From the human T2T-CHM13v2.0 reference genome, Homo sapiens: a stretch of DNA of 64,000 bases. The position numbers were made by a program, and so were the translations under genes. Numbering within the stretch: position 1 is the stretch's first letter; every line of letters begins with the position of its first letter. The DNA lies in the NCBI RefSeq assembly GCF_009914755.1, contig NC_060932.1; one strand, 5' to 3'. Shown here piece by piece: positions 33,218 through 47,649 of the stretch. The notes beneath the pieces were generated by a model. The model did no database searches and was not told the origin of the DNA. It saw nothing but the letters and a program-made list of their open reading frames with translations.

Positions 33218-33541
33218 GGCCGGGTGCAGTGGCTCACGCCTGTAATCCCAGCACTTTGGGAGGCTGAGGCAGGCAGATCACGAGGTCCGATTGAGACCAT
33301 CCTGGCTAACAGGGTGAAATCCTGTCTCTACTAAAAATATAAAAAAATTAGCCAAGTGTGGTGGCACGCGCCTGTAGTGCTGGCTACTTGGGAGACTGAG
33401 GCAGAGAATCACTTGAACCCAGGAGGTGGAGGTTGCAGTGAGCCGAGATTGTGCCACTGCACTATTGCACCACTGCACTCCAGCCTGGGCAACAGAGCGA
33501 GACTCCGCCTGAAAAAACAAAACACAAAACAAACAAAAAAA
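33218..33541 (+). mobile_element. AluS-type with internal ~15-bp duplication
   Basis: ccactgcact duplicated; cccaaaactt on both flanks. Confidence 0.9.
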
Positions 33542-33704
33542 CACCCCAAAACTTACATGTAACCATGCTCACTATTTTTAAATTTTTTCAAATTTTCAAA
33601 CTATATGTGGGTAACCTCATGCTATTACCATAAAAGTATCTGCTGACCTTACTTCTTCTTATTTCCTGAGGATATTCATATATTACCTTAAAAATTGAAT
33701 GGTA

Positions 33705-34077
<373 letters not shown>

Positions 34078-34257
34078 TTATATTGAAGTTTTTTGTGTAT
34101 ATTAGTTTCAGTTTCTATATATATTAGTTGAACTTGTAAAGGGAGATATTCTCTCCCCGTTAACCATGATTAAAGAGTATGAGAATATTTGCTTTGAAAA
34201 GAAAATCTCTTTACATGTTTGCTTGTATTGCGTACTGTATTTCTGCTTTTTTGTAAG

Positions 34258-34384
34258 GTATGGCTTGCCAGTGAACTTCCAAGCAATGCTACTTCAGCCC
34301 AATAAGAAAACTTTGAAGAAACTGAGAGAAGTATTACATGAATTGTATAAACATCTAGACAGCAGTGCAGCAGCTATTATTGAT
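34258..34384 (+). CDS. ATP6V1C1: ATP6V1C1 exon 12
   Basis: ttgtaag|GTATGG...TTGAT|gtaagt; [42 protein letters not shown]. Confidence 0.96.
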
Positions 34385-35054
34385 GTAAGTACTTATTAGC
34401 CCAGTAGAGTAAGAATTGAAGTGAATTTCAGAAAAAAAATGATTGAAAGAAGATAGACAGAAAAGGGAGGGTAAGTATGAAACTTAATCATTTTTTATTA
34501 CTTTGAGGTTCTCAATTTGTTATGTAAACATAGTAATTTACATTGTTTACCCTGTTTTATACTAATTATATCTGTGTTTTGCTTCTTGGCATTTCTACAA
34601 GCTAGTAATTATCTTGCTGTGTATCAGATGTTTATAGCTGCAGAAATACAGAAACCAGTGATACTAGTTATTTACAAAAACTATAAATTGCAGAGAGGAA
34701 GAAAATAAGCAGTTATTTTAATTTTATTTGGTAGAAGCGATAGAGTCAATAGATGAGTATTTTCAAGGTAGGTTCATTTTTCTAAAATGGCGTAGCTGGG
34801 CGTGGTGGGACATGTTGGTAGTCCCAGCAACTGAGGAGGCTGAGGCGGGAGGATCACTTGAGCCCAGGCCTTCGAGACCAACCTGGGTAACATAGTAAGA
34901 TCCCATCTGAAAAAAGAAAAAAAAAAACAGACCAAAAAATGTATTATGTGTTTATATCTTCTTTTAAACAAAACTGTTATTTTTTAAACAAAAGAAGATA
35001 TAAACAGAGTTACTTGTGTTTTTTTGTTGTTGCTGTTTAAAATTGTAGTGGGCC

Positions 35055-35352
35055 GCTGGGCGTGGTGGCTCACGCCTGTAATCCCAGCACTTTGGGAGGC
35101 CGAGGCGGGGGGATCACCTTAAGTCAGGAGTTTGAGACCGGCCTGGCCAACATGGTGAAACCCCGTCTCTACTAGAAATACAATAATTAGCTGGGCGTGG
35201 CAGCGGTCACCTATAATCCCAGCTACTCGGGAGCCTGAGGCAGGAGAATCGCTTGAACCTCGGGGGGTGGTTGCAGTGAGCCAAGATTGCGCCACTGCAC
35301 TCCAGCCTGGGTGACAGAGGGAGACTCCGTCCCAAAAAAAAAAAAAAAAAAA
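35055..35352 (+). mobile_element. AluS-type
   Basis: Full dimer; aaaattgtagtgggc target duplication. Confidence 0.92.
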
Positions 35353-35521
35353 ATTGTAGTGGGCTTTTACTTTATATTTCTGGTTTTAAATATCTTGCTG
35401 ATTTTTTTTTTTCTCTTTAAAAGTTTAGGGTAGATGGTAGCATCTCACATAGGCATTAATTAGAACTATGAAAAATCAGTTTTTCTTGATAGAAGGAAAT
35501 GCGGGAAATGACTTGCTACAC

Positions 35522-35824
35522 TTTTTTTCTTTTTCTTTTTTTTTTTTTTTTTTTCGAGATGGAGTTTCGCTCTTTTGCCCAGGCTGGAGTGAAGTGGCGT
35601 GATCTTGGCTCACTGCAGTCTCTGCCTCCTGGGTTCAGGCAGTTCTCCTGCCTCAGCCTCCTGAGTAGCTGGGATTATGCCTGGCTAATTTTTGTATTTT
35701 TAGTAGAGCTGCGGTTTCACCATGTTGGCCAGGCTGGTCTTGAACTCCTGACCTCAGGTGATCCGCCCACCTCGGCCTCCCAAAGTGCTAAGATTACAGG
35801 CGTGAGCCACCTTGCCCCCGGCCA
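35522..35824 (-). mobile_element. AluS-type
   Basis: Antisense Alu. Confidence 0.92.
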
Positions 35825-35939
35825 ACTTGCTCCACTTTCATGCAATTGTGGATAAAATGAGAGGTATAATTATTTGATACATAAATGTTCTAGCAGTAAA
35901 TTCTTATAACATGCATTTATAATAAGTGTTATCCTTGCT

Positions 35940-36190
35940 TGTTTTTTGGCTCTGTTGCTCAGGCTAGAATGCAGTGGCATGGTTTTGGCTCACTGCAGCC
36001 TCAACCTCTATGCTCAAGTGATCCTCCCACCTCAGCCTTCCAAGTAGTTGGGACTATAGGCACGCAGTACCACTGCTGGTTAATGTTTTTATTTTTATTT
36101 TTTGTAGCGATAGAGTCTCACTATGTTGCCCAGACTGGTCTTGAACTCCTGGGCTCAAGGCCTTGGCCTCTCAAAGTGCTGATATTACAG
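35940..36190 (-). mobile_element. AluJ-type, diverged
   Basis: Antisense Alu body. Confidence 0.8.
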
Positions 36191-36588
36191 AATAAGTATT
36201 ACTTATAAATCATACTTGCTTTATTTTTACTCCATATTTTGTAAGTCTTGTATCCCATCAACTCAGTATTCTAAGTCCAAGATTTAAAAAGTTAATTTTT
36301 ACAGTATACATAAAAAAGGTTGGTGGGATCATGCTAAATACATATGCAGTCAGAATGCTTGAACCTGGCTTTACCACTCACTGTCTGTGTTTCCTAGGAG
36401 AAGTCAGTCTTTCAGAGATTGTTTTCTCATTTGCAAAATGGGAATAATGTCTAACTCAGATAAATTAGCCTTAAGTGCATACATTTAGCCCAGAGTAGAT
36501 GTTCAATAAAAAGGTAAATGTTAATACTTGCTTTCTTTTTTTGAGTTCTGTAAATACAAAATTGAATAATTGTCTGTTTTTTCCATAG

Positions 36589-36684
36589 GCTCCTATGGAT
36601 ATTCCAGGTTTAAACCTGAGTCAACAAGAATACTACCCCTATGTGTACTACAAGATTGATTGCAACTTGCTGGAATTCAAGTGA
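36589..36684 (+). CDS. ATP6V1C1: ATP6V1C1 last exon, coding part
   Basis: ccatag|GCTCCT...AAG TGA; [31 protein letters not shown]. Confidence 0.97.
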
Positions 36685-37196
36685 AAATGGGCTCCTCCCC
36701 CGACAATCCTGTCCTTGTGTTTGTGTGTGCTAACAGAAATAAGTTGCAGTATGGTCGTACTTTTAACTCTAGTATCCTTTGCTTGCTTCTTACCCCCTTT
36801 CCTAGGTGAATTCTCCCACAGTGGTCTGTATCTCAACATTTTCTTTTTAAAGGAAAAAATATATATATATAGTTTCTTTTTATTGATCAGGTCTGTAAAT
36901 GTGTACTAAAAAAATCAGAGTTTATTTATAAACAGAATAGTTTATTTAAAGAGAAGGTCTCTTCCTTATTGATATCATGGTATGCATTAATTCCATTTGT
37001 TACTATTGTGCACAAAAGCCCTGTTCACAGGGGAATGGTGTAAACATTTATACTGTTTTGTTCACTGTATTTAGTAGACATAACTGTTGAATAGTTACTG
37101 AATCATGATGTAAAGAATATGTGACCATCTTCAGGTATGGGATTTCTGAACGTTTCAAATTTCAATCAATGAGCACTGTCAACACCCACAGGAGAG

Positions 37197-37202
37197 AATA
37201 AA
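37197..37202 (+). terminator. Candidate proximal polyadenylation signal
   Basis: AATAAA followed ~20-35 nt later by a GU-rich tract (gtgtattgtggtgtgtgt). Confidence 0.65.
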
Positions 37203-39534
37203 ATTACCTGTGCAAAGGTGTATTGTGGTGTGTGTAACTTAAGATTACAGTTCTGTTTGAGAGTTAAATGATGTCATAGCTCACTTGCTATGCTGCTTCC
37301 AGGATTTTGTTATATGCTGAGGTGTAACCATTTGTGTTGTCTGACTTTCGTATGATTTAATTGAGCCAAATTTGGGTCAGAACACAAATTTGAAGATGAC
37401 TTTTCAGTATATGATGGGTATTTACATTTGAACACTAGAATTTTAGGTCTCTCAAATAATTAAGAATAGAGCCAGTTTTGAATAAAGTCTAGCAGAACTA
37501 TGCAGCTTTAGTCATTTGTTTTGTCTAAGTCTGTATTTTATGTGTTGTCTTCTTAAGATCTATAATTTTGGCATTTATGTCATTTGTGACATAGTCTGAA
37601 AATAGAGACATTGTTGGCCTTTAAAATCTCAGAAATGAATGACTTAATTTAGTGTCCTGAAAGAGCTTTTAAAAGAGGATTTTGTGGCAATGTTTCTCTT
37701 ACTACGTACTCACAGGTTTGCAAATGGGAAAAAAGTTTACATTTCAGTTTAGGGGCATATCTAAGCTATGCTATTCCCTTTAGAAAATTAGCCTCCAAAA
37801 TCTTTTGTTTCAAAATATTATATTATTTCATAAATAATTTCAAGCAAATACAGACATCCACAATGTAGAACATGAGAGACCCCCTCCCTCAATTTCCACC
37901 TCCCAAGGGAAGTTTATGTATTTTTCTAGGCCCTTTTCTATGTCTTTACATCTCTGTCTCACACACACACACGTATACACACACACAGTTTATTTTTAAT
38001 AAAATAGGATTATACCACACACATCCTGTCACTTGCTTTTTTGCTTAAGAGTATATCTAAGAGAATCCTTTGTGTCAGTGAAGCTGGAGCTACCTCATTC
38101 TTTTAACTGGCTGCGTGGCATTCCATTGAGTGTCTGTCATCATGTGTTTAGCCGAGTGGATGGATAGTCTGCTTGTTTTTAGTTTTTGCTCTTAACAAAC
38201 ACTGCTGCAGTCAGCATCCTTGCACAGATTTCTTTGTATACTTGTATTAGTATTTCTGTAAGATCTGAGAAGTGGAATTTGTAGGGTCATAGGTTATGTA
38301 CACTTAAGTTTTTGACACTCACTGCCAAGTCATCTGTCAGAATTCTAAACTAAAGACATGTTTGGAGTGTGGATTTATCTTCAGTTTTTCTTTGGACAAG
38401 AGGAAGCTGTGAAAGATTTTGCTATCAGAAAATTTTGGTTCTTTGTCTTTTGCACATGTTCTTTGAGTCTTAGTATCTGTAACGTGGCGCTACTCTCTCT
38501 ATCATGGGGGGGCATGTTTTGACATTAAATTGACTTTTAAGAAAAACATGTCACTAACCTGAAGCTCAGCCACACAGTGACTTTTAAGGTTTTATTTAGA
38601 CTTTACTGTTGTTCTCATGAGAGTAGGTACAGACTGCATAAGGTTTAGAATCCCAGCATATGTCTGAAACGACGGGACTTTCACTGTGATTTCCACCAGA
38701 GAAATTATAGCAGAGTGGCTGAGCATGTGCTCTGAGGCCAGGCCCCAGCTCTGCTGCTGACGAGCTGTGTGGTCCTGGGCAGAGTGGTCTCCGAGTTCCA
38801 GTCCCTCCTCTGTAAAATGGGCATGATTAGAGTGCCCACCGCATTAGGGATGTTGGGGTGAGTCAGTGTGACCCCACGTGCACAGAAAGTGCTGCGAGTG
38901 GTGCATGGTGAGAGGTTGATGCAGGTACTTAGCCCTTGGGGAACACAGGTAGTTCCTTTTCACTGTGTTTAATTTGGGAAAATCCAGATCCACATCATTG
39001 TAGAGTCTGAGGGTTAGAAGGAAGTCATTGTGTCTAACATAACAACAGAGCAGTTTGTGTCACTGAGCTCCAGTCTGTGCTGGATTATTGATATTGTTGG
39101 TGGCGGTCACCATTCCTGGAAAGGGACTGTCCCAAGCCACTTACCTTCCCGAGGAGTCTGCTGGTTCTCCTTGAGGATAGTGCTTAGATAACAGACTCAT
39201 TAAACATTTACTGAGTGTCTGTCAGGGATCATTCACATCCACATCATCCTCCCGGCCCCTCCCCGTGTTGTTCATGGAGGGAGTACTGGCGGTCCCCATT
39301 TTCATGTATGGAGACTTCAGGTGAAAGAAGTTAAGTGAATTCTTTGTTGAGTCACAAATCTTGAGCCAGTCAGAATTTGAACCTAAGATTTTTGACTGCT
39401 GGTTGTCACACTTCCCGCCCCACACTCAACTGTTGTGTGAATGAGCCAGACACATTGCTTAACCTGAGTCCGAGATGGACAATGGTATAGGAAAGATATT
39501 CGGTATGGAGAATCAGATGTTAACTTGTGTTGCT

Positions 39535-39968
<434 letters not shown>

Positions 39969-40967
39969 TAGGAGATTTTTCTACCTCTTTACTACCCTGC
40001 TGAAGTTGCTCTTCAGCAGAAAATCTTTGTGGAACACATTCCACACTTTGAAATCTTCGTGGAACAAAAGATATTTGTGGAACCAATCTTTGTGGAACAT
40101 ATTCCAGCTTTTTGAATGAGTGCATATCCAGTAGTACCTTTAAAGTAACACTTTGTACATAACAAATACTCAGCAAATGTGAAACTTTATTTGCTCTTAC
40201 TTCAAAATTAGTCCAAAATGTTGGAAATAAAATATAAGACATTGATCTAGATATGAGGTTTTTCTCCTTCATTCTCAGCTGTCGAAGAAATCAAAGTAGC
40301 ATATGCACAAGGTTAAAAACCACATATACAAATACTATAGAACAGCTTATAATGAAAACCTTGCCTGCCTTTATAAAAAATGTGATTATCTTCTTCTGTT
40401 AATGTCAATAAAAGATGGTTTGTCCTAGAAGGTCTATAAATGGTATTATGTTCTGGAGGAAACCTAGCAAAAACTTTGCTAGTTTAGTACTTGTCTCTAA
40501 ATTGATGTTCACCCATTTCAATATTGCACTTATTAATGGTCTTTATTTTTCTAGCATAGATAACAATTGATTCTTTAGATTCATATATGGAGGTAATTCT
40601 TGCTTTCTAAAGAAAGGAATATGGCACATTGGAACCATTTTATTCACCAGTGGATTTACCCTTAGAGTATTTTTAGATCTGAGCTGATGACTTGTGAGAG
40701 AAAAAGGGAACAGAGTAAAGCCATGGAAGCCATGAACAGTAAGAGACTGCCGCCTGGCATGGTTTCTTCTTCTGCAGAAGATGAAACTGAGGAGAAACAA
40801 GACAACATCCTTCATACCAGGAATGGTCAAGATAATGCAAGAAGAAAAAAGCTTTCAAACAAATCAGAAGGCAGTCAACAAACAGAAAGGGGGACATTCC
40901 TTCCCTGGCAGTTACTCAAAACTGAAATTGCTTATTGTGTACACCGGGGCTTGTACTTGGGGAATTT

Positions 40968-40973
40968 AATAAA
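40968..40973 (+). terminator. Candidate distal polyadenylation signal
   Basis: AATAAA with upstream TGTA motifs, CA ~13 nt downstream and tgtggttt beyond. Confidence 0.65.
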
Positions 40974-42587
40974 AATGCTCATTACCAAGCTCCAGAGAGA
41001 TGTGGTTTAAAGTCTTAAGTAGATCCAAGGAATAACCTACATTTTAAACAAATACCCAGGAGAATCAGAGGCTAGGGGTTAGTTGTAATCGGATACTACC
41101 TTTTAATGATTCTTCCTCTGAACCCTCAGATTGGGGTGTTGATTTAGAATTTGTAAGCATCTTGAGGTCTCATTCAAATAGTGATTCTTCTCTATTGACA
41201 GAGACCACACTTAATAGAATCATCATGGGTAAATCAGCTTTTTCTACTGTCACTTGAAGAAATATTCCACGTCGTTAAATCAGTAGAACTGGAGAGTTCT
41301 GTCTCAGCAGAAATTGATCAATAAAGATGTCTTTTGCCCTTGGAAGGCCATAGAATATCAAGTTGAAATTTGCAAAAACTCTAAAATGATCAAGGTCACA
41401 TTTTCATCTTTTAATTGAGAACTCATTGTGGACATAATTTGTCACTGCTTGTAAAGTGTAAAAAGAAACAACCAAAACAGACTTTGAAAGAATGGTTTAT
41501 ATGAGGAAGCCCTCCTCCCCCCCAGAAAAGGGCTATTAAGATGAAAGTGAAAGAAGGAGTTGGAGGCAGCAAAGGTTATTGTTGATGTTGGACAAAGGAA
41601 GGAATAAACTGTATGACACCACCTTGAACTTGAAAGTCATTTGTTTTTTAACCAGAAGATGAACAGGAACTATTTAGAATATCAAATCCCAAGAGCAGCT
41701 TTCATGTATTTTGCTGTTTCCTAGGTATGTGGGTGGCCTCACCGCATAGTCCTGTGACAAATCTTAATTATTTTTTTCACCAACACAACTTGCCATATTT
41801 TATATAAACTACTTAGATACATATTTAGACTGTTTCTCAAGAGTGCTTTATAGTTGAGTACAGGTTTTATGCATTGTTAGAAGCATAAAGACGCTTGTTT
41901 TTTAAATAGAAATTGTGATTATGCAGATACCATGTTTTACCACAAGAGGGCACTCTGGTGCCATTGAAAAGCAAACAGGTAGTTTCTCCTCCCTGCATTT
42001 TTGGTTCTGACTTGTACAGTCAGTTTAGAGAAACCTACACTCTGCATTCTGGTTTGGTATATTTTGTTACAAGCGTTTATTAATATAAAGTTCTCAAAAA
42101 ATGTTAGATGACTTATTTTGTGACACTCTAGCCTCTGTGTGTGTGTGTGCATAAAACCCACACATCTTTGAGCAGACCAGTGCCAGCCAGTGACAGTTTT
42201 CACTGAAGATCAAATTAAAAAGGTAAGGATATATGTATGTGTGTGCATGTGCGTGTGCATATATAATCACTGACTCAGTTGCTGAGCATGCGCTATGAAC
42301 CAGGCGTGTTAGGCGCTGGGGATTTAATGCAAGCAGTCAGATGGGCACAGTGCCTACCTACCTTGATGGGGCGTGCAGCCTGGTGATCTGGTGGCAATCT
42401 TACTGGACAAAACACAAACCCGGCAGCCCTAAGTTAGGAAAAGGATTTTACTGATCTGTGAAACCCACAGTCTGAAAACAAACTGATTTAAGGGTATCTG
42501 TCCAGAAAAGTCAACCTATGTTATCAGTCAGTGGGTAAAGAATAGACACATCATTTTATCACGTTTGACCACCTAGTCGGCCTGGCT

Positions 42588-43032
42588 TAGCAGTGTCCAA
42601 AAGAATTTCTTATGATGATGGACATTCTATACCTGTGCTACCCAATGTGGTGCCCCTAGTCACATGTGACTGAAGATCACTTGAAATGTGGCTAGTGTGA
42701 CTGAGGAACTGAATTTTTTTATCTAATTTTTTTTTGAGACAAGGTCTGGCATTGTCGCCCAGGCTGCCTTCTGGGCTCAAGCCATCCTCCCTTCTCAGCC
42801 TCCCAAGTAACTGGGACCACAGGCACATGCCACCACATCCGGCTATTTTTTTTTCCCGGTAGAGACTGCTCACCATGTTGTTTAGGCTGATCTCAAGTTC
42901 CTGAGCTCAAGCAATTGGCCTGACTTGGCCTCCCAAAGTGCTGGGATTACAGGTGAAAGCCACTGCACCTGACCAATCTTATTTAACTAATTAAATAGCT
43001 ACATGTGGCTGGTGGCTACTGCGCTGGACATA
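42588..43032. mobile_element. MER3-like hAT MITE interrupted by an antisense AluJ (~42727-42973)
   Basis: cacttgaaatgtggctagtgtgactgaggaactgaatttt ... atagctacatgtggctggtggctac. Confidence 0.75.
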
Positions 43033-44514
43033 GAGGTCTAGTTGGTCACACCTGGCTAATGAGCCTTTTTGACCTTGAGTTTCCAATATATCCCATATCC
43101 TTTGGCTTTTTTTGTTTGTTTTTTTATGACTGGAAGAGCCAGCCTTGCTTCTGTTTACTTTGATTGCTAGATTTAACATCCCCACAAGCCTGAGAAAAAG
43201 AGAGGAAAGGATTGCTCTTGGAATCATTGTTGGTGTGCCTCAGATTGCTACGCAGGACAGCATTCTCTTTGATCACAAAAGACAACTACATATACTTTGT
43301 GCATTGATGTGCACGAGAGTAAACTGGTTGTCATACTGAAAGACCAGAAGCTGTTTCTGATGGGAAATATTGAATCAGCAGAATTGAAAACACAGCTGTG
43401 TGGTTCTAATGGGAATATAATTTCTTCTGTCAATCAGTGCTCACTTAGTATCCATTGTGTGCAGAGCATTCACTATTCCAGCCTCTGCAGGGAGACATCA
43501 GGGAGATGCTCACCACGTGCTTTTGAATGATATTATTTGTCTTTATTGACTCTAAGAAATGTAAGAGGTTCATAAAACATTGAAGCCATTAAGGCCTTAT
43601 TTGAGAAGTCTAGCAACTCACAGTTGCCCTTGGAAAGAGGCAAATAGGAAGGGGAGAGCCCTCTGTCAGACTTGTTTTCCATCGGTGACATGTGGCATGG
43701 ATTTTACCTCCTACCGTTAGCTGGCCACCCTCTGCATTCAGGCTTGTGAAGCATTCTGGAGGCCCCCCCGCCCCATCCTCCACTCCCGGCTCTTCCTTTG
43801 GCATCCCCACTGGCCATATTTCTTTCCTAGTCTGTTCTGACAGCCTCCTAACTGGCCACTTGTCCCCAGTCTCTGGTCACCTTCAGCTCACCCCAGTTCT
43901 GGGACCAGAGGACTGGCAAGTCACTTCTCACAAATTCCGAATTGCTGCTCACTTGCCCTCGGGATAGAGGCTCTATTCAAACTGGACTTTCTTCCCTTTT
44001 AGAATTGGCTTCTCTATGTGTTCTCTGAAAGAAGAATATCGTTTACTGTTGTTGATTTGATGGGGGCCGCTTTGGAGGAGGAATTTAGACCATAGATGGT
44101 TCCTAGGGATGCTCCAGCAGTCTCCTCTCCTTTCCTACCTCCTCCAAGCAGGCCACATGAGCCAACTTCACATCTGTGCTCTCTCAGGATGTAAAATCGT
44201 GGGCAGACTAGCATCCCAGGGTCTGAATCATTCCTTCCTCTGTAGAAGAAGGATAATGAGGATAACACTACAGGACTATTGTGAGAATGAGGATTAAACC
44301 GCAGGTCCAAATTTTCTAGCATGGTACATGGTGCAGAGGAGGGGCTCAACATATTAACTGCTGTTGTTATTGTGTACTACCCTTTTCCATGCTGCATGAT
44401 TTGTGTTTCTTTTTTGCCTACTGCCTCATATCTTATGTGAGATGAAATTAGTTCCTCTTTAACTGCATCTGTTTAGAAGGCAGATTTCCCATTAAAAACC
44501 TGCTGGCATCACAT

Positions 44515-45058
44515 GACCAGCAAGTTCACACCAACGTGTAAACCCAAGAAAACTGAAACCATATATTCACACAAAAACCTGTACATGAAAGTTGATAACT
44601 GCATTATTCATAATAGCTAAAATTGGAAACAACCCAAGTGTGCATCAACTGATGAATGAATGGATGAACAAAATCCGGTTTATCCACACAGTGGAATATT
44701 AGCCATAAAAAGAAATGGAAGTACTGACCCACGCCACAACATGGATGAACCTAGAAGACATCGTGCCAAGTGCAAGAAGCCAGACACAAAAGGTCACAGA
44801 TGACTTCATTTATGGGAAATGTCATGCATAGTCAAATAAATCGGTATAGAAAGAAGATTCGTGGTTGCCAGGAACCAGGATGGGAAGGGATTTAGTAGTG
44901 GCTGCTAATGGGTACAGGGTTTCTTTAGGGGCAATCACGTTCTGGAGTTAAGATAGTGCTGATGATCACGCAACTTTATGAATATATTAAAAATCACCGA
45001 ATTGTATACTTTAGAAGGTGAATTTTGTGGTATATGAATTGTTTCTCAATTTAAAAAA
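44515..45058 (+). mobile_element. L1MB-like 3' end
   Basis: ggaaacaacccaag..acatggatgaacct..gaagccagacacaaaaggtcaca..tctcaatttaaaaaa. Confidence 0.8.
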
Positions 45059-47649
45059 CCTACCGGGAATTAGCTCAGATTTTCTACAAATTCTCTTAAT
45101 TCTTTGCTTATCTGTTTATATCGATAGAATTTTTAAAAATTAATTTGAATTTCCTTTTACGAATGGTAAGGAGATTTGCCCTTTGGGGTTTCACTCCGTC
45201 CAGTGCTCTTGCTGTCGATTCTGTCTGTTTGCCTTTTTTGTTGTTTTCGTTTGTCCACTCAGCATCTCAGTTGGCCTTAGCTGCAGCCGTCTGCAGCCGC
45301 CTCCTCCACTTGGGGGTTAGGTTGCAAATCTGTCCCAGAGTAGCTCATCTCATTGGTTATCACATTAGCAGTCACTCATGTCAGCAGTCCCCGAAGAAAA
45401 GATAGCTGGTTGGCTGGGGATAAAGCATCTGAAACTTTGCTGGTCTGATGATATCTTTCTGTTGTTTCAGTACATGTGTCACTGACAACTTGCTTAGGTA
45501 AAAGTGCCCATAGTTCCTTCATTTGTTCAACAACCATTTACTGAGGGCAGAATCCTCATTCACTTAGTGAATACTTAGTAATTGTTGAATACCTGGGTAC
45601 TAGGGCAGGAGCAGCCAAATGAGAAAAAGGACTCTGTCCACATGGAGCCTACCTGCTGGTGGACGATACACAATAAACATAGCGAACAAGGTAAGACTTT
45701 TCGCCCTCTGCACCTGTAAGGCCATTGAGGACTAACCTGGCTGGGAATGGGTAGGAAGAGCTGCTTCAGAGGGGTGTCTAGATATACCCCAGAGGATGCC
45801 AGCCATGTGAAGACCTAGGGGAAGGAAGTGTCTCATAGAGGTTGGGTAATAGAGGATCAGCGTGGCAATAGCTGAGTGAGTGAGTGAAGGGTGTGGTATG
45901 TGCAGCAGATGCACCTAGGTGGGGTCTTCAGAACATGGTGAAGAACTCAGACTTTTTTTCTTCTAGCAAAGGGAACCCATTTTAGGGACTCATGTGCATG
46001 TTTCAAGGATCACTGCAGCAGTGGTCATACTTGTGTGTTTGTAGCCCCTATTTCTTACGTCGTGCTTGGCGCATTCAGAGCAGGCACTGGGTTCTGGTTC
46101 AGAACTGAAGTGGATGAATGCATGGAGAATGTACTAAACCCGGAAGTGTGCCAGACTCTGCACCCGAAAGTTCTCTGCAGCTTCTCCAACTTTAAGAGTG
46201 TTCTGCAAACACACTGAATGCTTTGCCTGGATCTTCCTGTGAAGATCCAGGCAGAATTTAGTAATAGAAATTTGTAAAATTTATTCTTAAATTCTTTTGC
46301 AACTGTCTTGATTTCTTCACAAACATAGTCATCATCTGTTTATCAAATGGGCATTTTAAATAATATTTGACACATAACTGGCTGACTCCACAGCTCCAAA
46401 TTAGTCACACGGTAGTCTTTTGATAATAGCCAACATGTGACAACAGGGATTTTTTGCACGAGGTGGGGAGCATTCTGGTTTCCTTTTCATTTTTCCAATA
46501 TGTCATATTTCTCACTTCCACTTTTCTTAGAGGGGAGGGTTGTCTTTTTGCTTCAAACTATTATAGGCTTTTACTGAGAGACAAGAGGCTATGAGCCCCA
46601 CTCAGTAGAAGAAGGGTTTAAGTCTATCATATAAATTATTGCCGCTCTAACTTCTCTCTGTCCCTGCCTCTTAAGTCATTTACGGTATTTGTTTGGGTAG
46701 CTATATTGGATTTCTTCCGTTTTTCCAGGGGAAATACAGCAACTTTGGAGAGACGTGAACATGGGAATATATGAATTGATTGCTTGAGAAGTGTTAGTGT
46801 TAGTTCTGGAATGAAGTCCTGTGTCATTAGGTGCTTACGTTGAAAGGAAATGTAGAATTTTCCATAGTCGCAGCTTTCCAGATTTTAATTGGCTGCTTGC
46901 CCTCGTGTCACTTTCTTTTCTAAAATAAATGTTTTGGATGGCTCTTATCTTTACAACCAGGCACACAGCTTCATTTCCTCCTAACTAGGAAAGTTAACTC
47001 TTCAGCTACATGGTGGTACACAATGTTGTCCCTGCTCAGCAGCCCTTGAACACTCATTAAATCCCACATTAGAGCTGCAAGGAGATAGTAACATTTATTA
47101 GGTGCCTCATTTTTTTTTTTTTTCTCTGAGAGCGGATCTCGCTCTGTTGCCCAGGCTATAGTGCAGTGGTACCATCAGGGCTCACTACAGCCTCAACCTC
47201 CCAGGCCCAAGTGGTCCTCCTGCCTCAGCCTCCTGAGTAGGTGGGACCACAGGCACACTCAGATATTTTAAAAAATTTTTGTAGAGACTATGTTGCCCGG
47301 GCTGCCATTGTTTATCCATTGATTTTTTATTTTATTTACTTATTTTTCTTTTGTCTTTTTTGTTGCCTAGTTTCCCCCCTGTTCTTTGCTTCTTAATTTT
47401 GGTTGGTCAAAATCTTTCTTTTAACATTTTGTTTCCTCTTCAACCTTGGGAATTCTTCTGTTTCTATTCTTTCTTGCCTTTTCCTTGCTTCATTTCAGGA
47501 CTCCTTTCCAATGAACCTGCCATTTTTTCCTGCAAAGATTGTAGTTTAAAAGAAAGCCCACTGGCCTGAAACTTTATGTAGCTAAGCAGCTATTTCAAAT
47601 TCTTTCTGAGGTTGAGGGCAATAAATGATAAAATCACGCAGTCAGGCAG

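Noticed and set aside
40021-40106. CRISPR-like repeat-spacer appearance
   Set aside because: Eukaryotic 3'UTR, short irregular units and no cas genes; kept only as a local repeat.
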